This document shows positions 19,489 to 28,300 of a stretch of DNA of 64,000 nt, one piece after another. The stretch's first letter is position 1. Each line of letters begins with the position of its first letter. The translations under genes and the position numbers were made by a program. The stretch is from a virus. The DNA is taken from the IMG/VR virus record IMGVR_UViG_3300035204_002103, positions 7,843-71,842 of that record; one strand, given 5' to 3'. The notes beneath the pieces are model-generated. The model did no database searches, was not told the DNA's origin, and saw nothing but the letters and a program-made list of their open reading frames with translations.

Positions 19489-20084
19489 TTTGTGAAATTA
19501 TCCACATGCGGAGATAATTCCTCAATTTGACCATTTTTCAAGAATTCCCATTCAATTTGAAAGTTACTTTTTTTCTTAACCTTGGGGTCATTTCTGGCCT
19601 CTTCAGAATTAACTGGCTCCCTGAATTTTTTAGAAAATGGACCTAATTGTGGTTTGTAAAGATTCTCGGAGCAAAGTTCATATTGAGAAACGTGAACCAG
19701 AATTCCATTAAGTTCATCTTGAAGCCAGCTTACTTCATCGTTTTCGTAATCATCATATCTAATGTCCGTTATGACCTTAAAACCATGAAAGGGGTCTGTT
19801 AGAATCTTGTTTTGAAGCTGTTCAATCCAATGTCTTCCTTGTGTGAGTTTTCTCTTGGTTGTCCCGTGAGCTACCAAAAAAGGTCTAATCACTTCCTTTG
19901 TTTCTCTATCGCAATTAACAGAATCTATTTTATAATGTAACTGACACCACTGTTTAACTTCTTTTTTTAATGCGTCAGCAAGTGAGAATTTCTTGCAAGG
20001 CAAAACCTCCGACAACAGGGAAAAGAACGTATCTTTACCTGAGCCAGCCACACCTGAGACTCCTAGGATTATATTATTTTTCAT
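19437..20084 (-). CDS. Deoxynucleoside monophosphate kinase
   Basis: GVAGSGKDT, LADALK, RPFL..HG, ITDIRY..NE. Confidence 0.85.
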   Translation of the reverse strand: MKNNIILGVSGVAGSGKDTFFSLLSEVLPCKKFSLADALKKEVKQWCQLHYKIDSVNCDRETKEVIRPFLVAHGTTKRKLTQGRHWIEQLQNKILTDPFHGFKVITDIRYDDYENDEVSWLQDELNGILVHVSQYELCSENLYKPQLGPFSKKFREPVNSEEARNDPKVKKKSNFQIEWEFLKNGQIEELSPHVDNFTKWLNEEIQRRRRHATTL

Positions 20085-20104
20085 CTTTAGTTTTAATTAT
20101 AACA

Positions 20105-20522
20105 ATCTTCCCAGTGACTGCTTATCCTTTGAATTTTTCCTCTGGGTTGAGAAAGCCCAAGGGGCTTTCGAGATAAGAACATAGCTGTCCACTTGAGACG
20201 AAATATAAAACCTTAACAAACCCGCTTCAGTCCGTCGCGTTAACCACTGTTAGTCTCGCTTGCTGAGTCTGTTAAGCTATATTGGTTTTTTGTTTTAAGC
20301 GGCGGGACTTTTTTTCATGACTGCTTATCCTTTTCCTCTTGGGAGGATTAAGTTTCTAGCTTGGGTATCTCTACCCACATTAGCCTCAACTGCCGCTTTT
20401 TCCCGAAATAACAGCAGACTTATTAGGTCTAGTTGGCTAAGGTCTTTTTACGGGCCTGTGGTCTCTTACGAGTTAATACGGGGCTAACCCCCGAAAGCTA
20501 TTCACCGCTAACAAAGAACTTT
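20105..20522 (-). ncRNA. Candidate structured non-coding element with two tandem modules
   Basis: No credible ORF; many complementary stems; 16-nt direct repeat at 20115-20130 and 20318-20333; promoter-like TTGCTT..TACTCT upstream. Confidence 0.55.
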
Positions 20523-20557
20523 GACTAGAGTAACAAGTTTTTTATTTGAAGCAAGAA

Positions 20558-21154
20558 TTATTTTTTCTTTTTTCCTTTTTTCTTTTTGTCGTCTTCATCT
20601 TCCCCTTCGTCTTTATCCTTGTCTTCCTTTTTTGAATCATCGTATCCCGCATCGAGGAGTTCTTGAAGTATCTTTTGACCGCCGCTAGACTCAAATTCTT
20701 CCATAATATCAGGGTTGCTAATAGCATGAAAATTAGAAATGATTTCTTCTTTCTCTGTTGTTTTTTGTTTATAAAATTGAATGATGTGAATCAAGTTTCT
20801 TATATCTTTATCGCTTACCGCGGAAGCGGTACATAGATCCGTCTTATCCTCAATCAACCCACAAAACTCATTAATTTCTCCAGCAAGCCACTTACTTGTA
20901 AATGCTGTAAGCTCGATGTTTTGATTGTAAGCATCGTACGGTTTATTAAGAATGTAATATTTTTTGTCCCCCCATTCTTGAGAAGCAATCATGGTGTTGT
21001 TTTCTAGATCTAGTAATGCCAGCTTGAACGCAGACAGAGTCTCTTCTTCATGATCTATAATTGGCAAAATTTTCTTAAGGTCTCGGTTCATTTCGAAGCT
21101 GTCGTTTGAACCAAACCATTCATACAGGTGATTTGCGGCGTCTAAAACGGTCAT
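20558..21154 (-). CDS. Hypothetical protein with acidic/basic tail
   Basis: 198-aa ORF. Confidence 0.7.
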   Translation of the reverse strand: MTVLDAANHLYEWFGSNDSFEMNRDLKKILPIIDHEEETLSAFKLALLDLENNTMIASQEWGDKKYYILNKPYDAYNQNIELTAFTSKWLAGEINEFCGLIEDKTDLCTASAVSDKDIRNLIHIIQFYKQKTTEKEEIISNFHAISNPDIMEEFESSGGQKILQELLDAGYDDSKKEDKDKDEGEDEDDKKKKGKKKK

Positions 21155-21213
21155 ATATTTATAATAAAAAAAGGGGTTGACTTTTCAAAAAAACAAACTA
21201 TACTACAAGAAGT

Positions 21214-21501
21214 ATGGATAATAAGCTTAAAATCACACAAAGAGGTCGGCCTCCCGTTGAAATCAAGTGGCCCGACGTAGTGTTTACCGCTCAAGACGTA
21301 GTAGATACTCAGCCAGAACGGGTTTCTCGGGTAACAATCCACAGCAAGTTAAATAAAGCTGTTGACGAAGGAAAATTAAAAGTAGTGGGTAAGATCAAGA
21401 CAAAAAATGGTCGCCCCCGCATTACTTACGAAAAGTCCTGTCAAGAACAACAGCAAGAAATTGGTACTCAAGTTAATCAACCAGACACTTGTCAAGGATA
21501 G
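21214..21501 (+). CDS. Putative winged-helix DNA-binding protein with GRP (AT-hook-like) motifs
   Basis: RGRPP, SRVTIHSKL..AV..G.L, NGRPRITY. Confidence 0.55.
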   Translation: MDNKLKITQRGRPPVEIKWPDVVFTAQDVVDTQPERVSRVTIHSKLNKAVDEGKLKVVGKIKTKNGRPRITYEKSCQEQQQEIGTQVNQPDTCQG

Positions 21502-21570
21502 TTATGGAATTCTTAACGGTAGTAGTTTGTTATTTCTTTTTTAGAATAGGATACTTAGTCTTTTTTAAGA

Positions 21571-21987
21571 ATGCCAGCTTCTAGAATATCTTGGGAGAGG
21601 TTTGCTATCGAGATAGCAGATACAGCCTCCTTAAGAAGCGAAGACCCTCACCGTAAGGTGGGGGCTTGTGCTTTAAATCACCAAAATATGGTGGTAGGAG
21701 TTGGTTATAACGGTTTAGCGTCAGGCAAAGACGTAGGTAAGGAATTTTGGGAAGACAGGGATGCTCGTAGACCTTACATGATTCATGCTGAGGCCAACTG
21801 CTTGTCTCTTTGCAAGAAAGGGGAAGTTAGATTGCTTGCCGTAACGCTTTTACCCTGTTCTTATTGTGCAACCTTAATAGCCTCTTACGGTGTAGAAAAA
21901 GTTGTATTTCGTGACGATTACGAGAAAGATCTTAAAGCTTACGAAATTTTTAGCTTCTACAAAATTCAAGTGCATCAAAGATTATAA
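21571..21987 (+). CDS. dCMP deaminase
   Basis: RSEDP..KVGA, GYNG, HAE, PCSYC. Confidence 0.92.
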   Translation: MPASRISWERFAIEIADTASLRSEDPHRKVGACALNHQNMVVGVGYNGLASGKDVGKEFWEDRDARRPYMIHAEANCLSLCKKGEVRLLAVTLLPCSYCATLIASYGVEKVVFRDDYEKDLKAYEIFSFYKIQVHQRL

Positions 21988-22030
21988 TTTTAATTAGAAT
22001 ATTTAAGCTGTTTTTAAAATATAATGTATC

Positions 22031-22378
22031 GTGGAAGCCATAGTTTATTCTTTTTTGGGAGCGTCTTTGTTGTTTTTTATTTACGACACAGAGGCTTTTG
22101 TGGAGTATTCTAAGTTATTTAAACTTAATAAAGTTCTTGAGATAGATAAGTACGAAAGCTACCTAGACACAGCAGGAGATAGCTCTTATTGGGAATATAT
22201 AGTCTGGGAAAATCCTAGCTTTTTAAGAAAGTTAGTTTCTTGTCCTTTTTGCGTAGGTTTTTGGTATAATCTCGGCGCGTTGTATTTTTATGCAAGTTTA
22301 CCAATGCTTGTAATAAACATTTGGCTGACATTATTTTTATATTTAATTTTAAAAACGCTACTTAAGAAATCATCATGA
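22031..22378 (+). CDS. Membrane protein with CPFC motif (DUF1360-like)
   Basis: LVSCPFCVGFW between TM helices. Confidence 0.55.
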   Translation: MEAIVYSFLGASLLFFIYDTEAFVEYSKLFKLNKVLEIDKYESYLDTAGDSSYWEYIVWENPSFLRKLVSCPFCVGFWYNLGALYFYASLPMLVINIWLTLFLYLILKTLLKKSS

Positions 22379-22704
22379 ATAATTTTATTTTTAATAGCCA
22401 TGAAGAATTTGGATTATTTTTAAAAATTAATTCAGAAGAAATTAAAGGCTTTGCGAAAGACGAACAAGCAAAAGTTAAGGTTGATGAGGCAGTTAAATTT
22501 TTTAGCAACGCTAAAGGAGGCTGCCCCTGTAACTTCGAGAAAAGACTCGCTCTTGCAAAAAAGACCTACCTAGAGTTCGTTCCTTCTTACTTTGAAAATA
22601 ACGAAGAAGCGAAGAACTTCTTGAAGGATTTACTGGGCGGACCACCCGAAATACATTTTAAACGTGACTCGCAAGACGTGGAGCCTTTCTTTTTTATAAA
22701 ATAA
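22375..22704 (+). CDS. Hypothetical protein
   Basis: ORF with GCPC motif; ATGA overlap. Confidence 0.6.
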   Translation: MNNFIFNSHEEFGLFLKINSEEIKGFAKDEQAKVKVDEAVKFFSNAKGGCPCNFEKRLALAKKTYLEFVPSYFENNEEAKNFLKDLLGGPPEIHFKRDSQDVEPFFFIK

Positions 22705-22741
22705 AGCTTGACTTTTTTAAAAAATACCCTATAAAGGTAGT

Positions 22742-23797
22742 ATGAAGAAGATACTAGCCTTACTTATCGGAATATATCCCTTCGCTTCTTATTCTGCTGG
22801 ACTGCCAATAGATTTTTCAAAGGAAGGTAAGTACAGTTCTGCTACTTGGAATGGGGTTACGTATATGTTTCATCCGTCTTTGCTAGATGATAGAGATGAA
22901 GCACTTAAAGCATACAGGTACGTAGTTAAAATTTTTTCTGAAGTAGAGCGCGTTATACCAAAAACGGTTTCTCACTTCAAAAAACAAAAGTGTAAGATAG
23001 TCCTTTATGAGCTTGAAAACACCAGAGGAGGAATGGAGTACGTAAGAAGCGGTCAGTCTGAGTGGGACCCAAGAATAAATCCCAAGATTAACCATAGTAT
23101 TCTGATTCCTAGGGCTTACAGCTATAGTCAGTCCGGACACAAGGGAATGGCTTATTTGCTTCACGAGATGATACATTTTCATCATATAGATATCCTTACC
23201 CTTAACGGGGATACGCCTTTCGATAAGGAGCTTAAGAGGAGTTATGCTCTTGCCGTAAGAAACCCTAAGTACAGGGGAGTGTATGCTTCTAGCAACTATC
23301 TAGAATACTTTGCTGAAATCTCTACGGCTTATTTGTTAGAGTCACATAGAACCTCAAAATTCCCCAAAGGCTCAAAGGAGCTATATATTCACGACCGAGT
23401 AGGGTACAACCTATGTAAGAGCGTCTTCGGAGAAAAGGCGGCAGCGTATACCCCTTTGAGTAAGCCGGTGAGAGTGGCGACAGTGGCTCCCTACGGAATG
23501 ACACGTAATCCTTCGGTGCCTTCGCATAACCCTCATTGTAGATGTACCCAGTGTTCGACTGGTCACGCCACCAAAGTCTTTAAGATACCCACGGATGAGA
23601 GCGTCCTCATGAGTAAAAAGTTTCTTGAGATTGTTTATTTAATAAATAAAGCAGAAATAGAAAGCAATGATCGACACGCCCATTGGTTGCTTGGCAACGC
23701 GCTGGATATGCTTGAGAAGTTTAAAAGAGAATACCCAAATCACAGGGTTGCGCTAGTTAACCAGATGATAACAAGCATTAAGGCTAGAATAAATTGA
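22742..23797 (+). CDS. Secreted zinc metallopeptidase-like protein
   Basis: Signal peptide, LLHEMIH, YASSNYLEYFAE. Confidence 0.75.
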   Translation: MKKILALLIGIYPFASYSAGLPIDFSKEGKYSSATWNGVTYMFHPSLLDDRDEALKAYRYVVKIFSEVERVIPKTVSHFKKQKCKIVLYELENTRGGMEYVRSGQSEWDPRINPKINHSILIPRAYSYSQSGHKGMAYLLHEMIHFHHIDILTLNGDTPFDKELKRSYALAVRNPKYRGVYASSNYLEYFAEISTAYLLESHRTSKFPKGSKELYIHDRVGYNLCKSVFGEKAAAYTPLSKPVRVATVAPYGMTRNPSVPSHNPHCRCTQCSTGHATKVFKIPTDESVLMSKKFLEIVYLINKAEIESNDRHAHWLLGNALDMLEKFKREYPNHRVALVNQMITSIKARIN

Positions 23798-23826
23798 ATT
23801 AATATATGTTTTGAGTTATTATTAGC

Positions 23827-24552
23827 TTGATGAGGTTTTGTGCTACTTATAGTGATTCCCATAGAGTTTTTTTAGATAAATTTTTCTTAAAAACTTTCCC
23901 GTTCGAGTATCATACCTCCTTAGTCTTAGAGAGAATGCCTCAAAAATGTGCGGGTAGCTTATTTTCAGGGGGCTGGCGCAAGCAAATGATTCAAAAGCAG
24001 GTTTTCATAAATAAGATGCTGACAAGCAGCGGAGAACTCAGTGTTTTTTGTGACGTAGATATATCTTTTTATGGAAATTTAACCGAAGACCTAACGGAGT
24101 GCTTAGGTGAAAATGATATAGCCTTTATGAAGGATCATAATAACTCTGAAGACTTTGGTAGGTGCGGCGGTTTTTTTATAGTAAAGCCCAACCTCAAAAC
24201 AAGAAAGTTATTTTCTATAGTGCTTTCAAAACTTAGCTCTTTCGAAGAAAAAAACACCGGGTTTTTAACGTCAGAGCAGCACACAATAAACTCGGTATTA
24301 AAGTCTATGAATGAAGTTAAGTGGACGTATCTCCCTGAAAGATACTATACTCACGGGCTTTACAAGCAGGGGATCAAAAACTTTTCTCAATCAAACCAGA
24401 AAGGGCTTTGGTGGGATCAAAAAGATAGTGAAGAAAAAGAGAATATATATATTCCAGAGAATATTAAAATTCATCACGCTAACTGGGCAAAAGGAGTAAA
24501 GAACAAGATCGAATTACTTGACTTCGTTTACAAAAAACACAAAGGGGGGTGA
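23827..24552 (+). CDS. Nucleotide-diphospho-sugar transferase (GT-A)
   Basis: FCDVDI, CGGFF, SEQ..IN, HHANW. Confidence 0.8.
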   Translation: MMRFCATYSDSHRVFLDKFFLKTFPFEYHTSLVLERMPQKCAGSLFSGGWRKQMIQKQVFINKMLTSSGELSVFCDVDISFYGNLTEDLTECLGENDIAFMKDHNNSEDFGRCGGFFIVKPNLKTRKLFSIVLSKLSSFEEKNTGFLTSEQHTINSVLKSMNEVKWTYLPERYYTHGLYKQGIKNFSQSNQKGLWWDQKDSEEKENIYIPENIKIHHANWAKGVKNKIELLDFVYKKHKGG

Positions 24553-24558
24553 AGCGAC

Positions 24559-24918
24559 ATGGTAAGTAAGAAAAACTTTTGTTTTAAATTCAGAAACACA
24601 GACGGGATAAGGTATGAGGTTTATTTTGTTAAACCAAATGAGTCTTATTACGGAAAAGTTCATGGTCTTTGCGATGATCCAGAAGAGAAAAACGCAAAGA
24701 TTTACATTAATCCATACCTAACACAAAAGTCAGAGCTAAACACTATAATACATGAGATGACTCATGCTTTTTTTTGGGACAAATCAGAGAAAGAGGTCTA
24801 TAAGTTTGCGAACGCCGTCACAGCTTTCCTATATAGACAAGGATGGAGAAGGGACGACGACAAAAGAAACAACGAGCCACCGCCCCCCAAAAAAAAGAAG
24901 AAGAGGAAGAGGAAATGA
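24559..24918 (+). CDS. Small HExxH metallopeptidase-like protein
   Basis: HGLC...IYI...TIIHEMTHA...E. Confidence 0.65.
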   Translation: MVSKKNFCFKFRNTDGIRYEVYFVKPNESYYGKVHGLCDDPEEKNAKIYINPYLTQKSELNTIIHEMTHAFFWDKSEKEVYKFANAVTAFLYRQGWRRDDDKRNNEPPPPKKKKKRKRK

Positions 24919-25595
24919 ATCATCGATTATTTTTCATTGGACTAAACAGAACAGGTACGAGTTCTTTAGCTAAATTTTTTAATACGAATGGGTACACGAC
25001 TATCCATAATTCGCTTTGGTGGTATTGGAAACTAGAAGAGAATTTTCAACAGCAAGTTTACACAGACGGCTTTGAGGGGCACAATAGCAGGGGGTTCGTT
25101 TATCCAGATTTAGATTTTCTAGAGAAGACCTTTCCTTTTGCTAAATACATATTAAATGTTAGAGATTTAGATTCATGGATGCTTTCCAGACTAAAGCACA
25201 GCATGATCTTAGATAAAATGAACGAACGAAAAGGGGATGCATATTCTGGCCTATACCAAAAGACTATAGGAAAACAAAGGGGAGAGTGGCATCATGATCT
25301 TCTTTTATCTTGGGTAACAGAAAGAAATTTTTGGCACGCCAAAGCTATTAGCCACTTTAAAGATAGTCCTAAATTTTTAATAATTAATTTAGAGAAAGAA
25401 GCAAAGCGTAACCTCAGAGAAAAGCTGGAAAATTTTTTAGAAGTTTCATTTGATAAGAAAACGATTCCTTGGATGAACAGAATTAAAAAACAAAAAAAAG
25501 ACGAACAAAGAACCTACGTTAAGAACTTTTTAAAAAAATACGTAAAAGAAGATTCTTTTAAGGAGGATTTAATAGTAAGATTAAAAACTGTTTAA
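24915..25595 (+). CDS. Sulfotransferase-like protein
   Basis: FIGLNRTGTSSL, FPFAKYILNVRD..SW..S. Confidence 0.75.
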   Translation: MNHRLFFIGLNRTGTSSLAKFFNTNGYTTIHNSLWWYWKLEENFQQQVYTDGFEGHNSRGFVYPDLDFLEKTFPFAKYILNVRDLDSWMLSRLKHSMILDKMNERKGDAYSGLYQKTIGKQRGEWHHDLLLSWVTERNFWHAKAISHFKDSPKFLIINLEKEAKRNLREKLENFLEVSFDKKTIPWMNRIKKQKKDEQRTYVKNFLKKYVKEDSFKEDLIVRLKTV

Positions 25596-25669
25596 GCGGG
25601 TGTCGTATAATGGTATTACCTTAGCCTTCCAAGCTAATGACGCGAGTTCGATTCTCGCCACCCGCTCCA
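25596..25669 (+). tRNA. tRNA-Gly(UCC)
   Basis: GCGGGTG...TTAGC CT TCC AA GCTAA...GTTCGATTC...CACCCGCTCCA. Confidence 0.95.
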
Positions 25670-25676
25670 TTTTTCT

Positions 25677-25753
25677 GGGGGAGTAGCTCAGTTGGATAGA
25701 GCATCTGTCTTCTAAACAGAGGGTCGTGGGTTCGAGTCCCGCCTTCCCTACCA
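25677..25753 (+). tRNA. tRNA-Arg(UCU)
   Basis: TCTGT CT TCT AA ACAGA anticodon arm, GTTCGAGTC, CCA end. Confidence 0.95.
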
Positions 25754-25775
25754 TTTTTTAAAAAAACGTTTTTGG

Positions 25776-25814
25776 AACCGAACGAGAAAACTCCTCTAAG
25801 GTGGACGATATACT
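25776..25814 (+). repeat. Dispersed repeat copy 1 (AACCGAACGA...CTAAGGTGGACGATATACT)
   Basis: Near-identical to 28262-28300. Confidence 0.8.
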
Positions 25815-25871
25815 CTAATTTTTTGTTGACAAAAAATAAATAAAAGCTAGAATGAAAGCTCATTATAAACC

Positions 25872-26159
25872 ATGAAAGATAATACACAAACAACATGTGA
25901 ACAGAATAGTTCTCTCACCCAAGTAAGTACCACGTATGCACGTATTTGCGTCATTCTTTTGGCGTTAAATTTTTGCCTTACTGGTTATGTTATGACTGGG
26001 ATGATGAAGCTACAACAAGAACAGAACGAAAGAACGACGACTGTTCCAGCTACCTCACAGACCGCTGGAAGTCCTCAAATAACGACTACTCCAGCAACAA
26101 CTGCTGCCTCGACAGAGGTGGTGGATCCTCCTCAGGAAGTTAACACACTGGATAAATAG
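25872..26159 (+). CDS. Single-TM protein with Thr/Pro-rich tail
   Basis: TM followed by a low-complexity T-rich region; TTGACA promoter upstream, terminator downstream. Confidence 0.6.
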   Translation: MKDNTQTTCEQNSSLTQVSTTYARICVILLALNFCLTGYVMTGMMKLQQEQNERTTTVPATSQTAGSPQITTTPATTAASTEVVDPPQEVNTLDK

Positions 26160-26171
26160 TAATAAGACATG

Positions 26172-26201
26172 GCTTCCCCCCTAGCGGGGGGAGCTTTTTT
26201 T
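26172..26201 (+). terminator. Intrinsic terminator
   Basis: GCTTCCCCCC-TAGC-GGGGGGAGC-TTTTTTT. Confidence 0.8.
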
Positions 26202-26203
26202 AA

Positions 26204-27046
26204 ATGAAAATAGGGGTAGTAGGGAACGGGTTTGTAGGAAACGCTACATCGCTTTTTAAATGCGATGATATCGATGTCGTAGTATATGATAAAGACCCAA
26301 ACAGGTGCGACCCTGCTGACACCTCCCCACAGAGATTGTTTGATTGTGATTTTGTTTTTGTTTGCGTACCAACCCCAATGAACAAAGACGGTAGCTGCCA
26401 TACTGTCATTGTTGAAAAATGTATTTATGAGCTAAATATAGCGGGAGTGAGGGATGAAAATATAGTGGTTAGGTCGACGGTTCCTGTTGGTTTTTGTGAA
26501 TCTCTTGGTGTTAACTTTATGCCAGAGTTCCTAACTGAATCCAATTGGGTGGAAGATTTTAAAAAGAATAACGCTTGGGTGTTTGGAGTAGATAGCATTT
26601 ACAGCACTTCTGTGAAGTCTAGATTTATAGAACTAATATCTTTAGCTAAAGGATCTGGCGCTATAGAAAACGACGACATCTTCTTTTGCTCTACAAAAGA
26701 GGCCGAGCTAGCTAAATTAGCTCGCAATTCTTTTTTAGCGACGAAAGTCTCTTACTTTAATGAGATATTTGATTTTTGTGACAAAGAGGAAGTGGACTAC
26801 AATACAGTAGCAGAACTAACGGGATTAGACCCAAGGATTGGGCAAAGTCACACTCAGGTTCCGGGGCCAGACGGTAAAAGAGGATTTGGGGGAACCTGTT
26901 TTCCTAAAGACATCTCCTCTTTAAATTATCAGTTAGAGCAAGTAGGAATCGAATCTTATATAATTGAGGCAGCGAAATCTAGAAACACTCAAGTAGACAG
27001 AAAAGAACAAGATTGGAAAATGAATAAAGGGAGAGCGGTTACGTAA
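26204..27046 (+). CDS. ugd: UDP-glucose/GDP-mannose 6-dehydrogenase (short form)
   Basis: GNGFVG, CVPTP, RSTVPVG, PEFL, N.FLA.K, GFGGTCFPKD. Confidence 0.9.
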   Translation: MKIGVVGNGFVGNATSLFKCDDIDVVVYDKDPNRCDPADTSPQRLFDCDFVFVCVPTPMNKDGSCHTVIVEKCIYELNIAGVRDENIVVRSTVPVGFCESLGVNFMPEFLTESNWVEDFKKNNAWVFGVDSIYSTSVKSRFIELISLAKGSGAIENDDIFFCSTKEAELAKLARNSFLATKVSYFNEIFDFCDKEEVDYNTVAELTGLDPRIGQSHTQVPGPDGKRGFGGTCFPKDISSLNYQLEQVGIESYIIEAAKSRNTQVDRKEQDWKMNKGRAVT

Positions 27047-27053
27047 GACCTTC

Positions 27054-27440
27054 TTATTCCTTCCAACTTACTTCAATTAAGTTCTCTCCGAAAAAGTCGT
27101 CCACGAAGCAAACAGCTTCTACCGGGGAAAAACTTTTACAAGTATAGATATCTATTGAAAAAAACTTTGGATCCCTGTTATCCCAACTGTAAATATGCAT
27201 ACCAGACTCCGTCCAATGCATGTAACAACACCACCCATATTCTTCTGCGTTATTTACAGTAGGTTCTGCCACGGGTGTCATTTTTAGCAGGGTTGAAATC
27301 TCTTTGCAGAACCTTTTTTGATCTTCAGGAGTGAAAGCCTCATGAAGCGTTCCTTCTATGACCATTCTTTGTCTACAAATATCTGGAGCTAAGTCTTTAA
27401 ACTTTGCACCCTTCCTTTTTTTTATTTGATTAAATGTCAT
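27054..27440 (-). CDS. speD: S-adenosylmethionine decarboxylase proenzyme-like protein
   Basis: ES autocleavage site in WTESGMHIYSW and SIDIYTCK. Confidence 0.7.
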   Translation of the reverse strand: MTFNQIKKRKGAKFKDLAPDICRQRMVIEGTLHEAFTPEDQKRFCKEISTLLKMTPVAEPTVNNAEEYGWCCYMHWTESGMHIYSWDNRDPKFFSIDIYTCKSFSPVEAVCFVDDFFGENLIEVSWKE

Positions 27441-27444
27441 AAAA

Positions 27445-27585
27445 TTTGTGGGGGATTTTTTAAAGTGCTTTACGTACCGGAATTTTGGTACAACCCCATG
27501 CACTGTTGGGCTGCGTTCCCGCGAATGGGTCGCATTTAGTTTTCACCCAGTGTAGATATCAGCAATGGAAGAAACTAATATCTAA
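27445..27585 (-). promoter_or_regulatory. Structured 5' leader upstream of the speD-like gene
   Basis: Nested inverted repeats TAGATATTAGT/GCTGATATCTA, CACTG/CAGTG, TGCG/CGCA, TGGGG/CCCCA, GTACC/GGTAC. Confidence 0.45.
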
Positions 27586-27665
27586 TAAATAATAGCGCCA
27601 ATACAAAAAAATACAAAATTTTTTATTATTGTTTTTTCAAGAAAAATAGCTATAGTTTACATTAA

Positions 27666-27742
27666 CGGGGCGTAGCGCAGTCTGGTAGCGCGCCTGCTTT
27701 GGGAGCAGGATGTCGCAAGTTCGAATCTTGCCGTCCCGACCA
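27666..27742 (+). tRNA. tRNA-Pro(UGG)
   Basis: CCTGC TT TGG GA GCAGG, GTTCGAATC, CCA. Confidence 0.95.
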
Positions 27743-27760
27743 TTAAATGGTCATTCGAGG

Positions 27761-27836
27761 GCCAGAGTAGCTTTAACGGTAGAGCAGCGGTTTTGTAAAC
27801 CGCCGGTTATCGGTTCGAATCCGGTCTCTGGCTCCA
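27761..27836 (+). tRNA. tRNA-Thr(UGU)
   Basis: GCGGT TT TGT AA ACCGC, GGTTCGAATCC, CCA. Confidence 0.95.
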
Positions 27837-27841
27837 AATTT

Positions 27842-27930
27842 GGCGAAGTGGTGGAATTGGTAGACACAACGGACTTAAAATCCGTCGGCCATCAACAGCC
27901 GTGAGGGTTCGAGTCCCTCCTTCGCTACCA
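27842..27930 (+). tRNA. tRNA-Leu(UAA)
   Basis: ACGGA CT TAA AA TCCGT, long variable arm, CCA. Confidence 0.95.
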
Positions 27931-27949
27931 AATAAGTGTAATGATAGAT

Positions 27950-28138
27950 ATGAAATTTTACGAAGTCAAACAGCAATTGAATAATCTGCATTGGCAAACT
28001 CTAGCTTATCTAAGGAACAAAGAAGACGCGGAGAAATACCGAACACTTTATAATACGAAGGTTGTGGTATACCTAACAAAAATTGTAGAGCATGAGTTTG
28101 TAAAACTTAAAGACTTTAAGGATGAGCTTGAAGGTTAA
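27950..28138 (+). CDS. Hypothetical protein
   Basis: Start 14 nt after GTGTAA at 27936. Confidence 0.6.
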   Translation: MKFYEVKQQLNNLHWQTLAYLRNKEDAEKYRTLYNTKVVVYLTKIVEHEFVKLKDFKDELEG

Positions 28139-28261
28139 AAAATGCCCTAAGTGTGGGTGCTATTTCGTGGAAACTAAATTTCAGTGTCCCAGATGTGCGT
28201 GGTGGGTAAAATAATTTTTTATTTGTATATTTTTTTTTCTAAAATAAAAAAACTAATTTTA

Positions 28262-28300
28262 AACCGAACGAAAAAAAACCCCTAAGGTGGACGATATACT
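28262..28300 (+). repeat. Dispersed repeat copy 2, immediately before an ATG
   Basis: AACCGAACGA...CTAAGGTGGACGATATACT-ATG. Confidence 0.8.

Noticed and set aside
20105-20522. RNase P, tmRNA or group I intron identity for the structured element
   Set aside because: No GAGGAAAGUCC or tRNA-like ends, no tag ORF seen, and the flanking genes are intact and unrelated, so it does not interrupt a gene.
25621-25896. 91-aa minus-strand ORF, and the ORF at 27710-27904
   Set aside because: Both overlap tRNA genes; translations such as GREGGTRTHDP are typical tRNA shadow ORFs.
26204-27046. Ugd as a truncated pseudogene
   Set aside because: Catalytic motifs are intact, and short forms lacking the C-terminal domain are common in phages.
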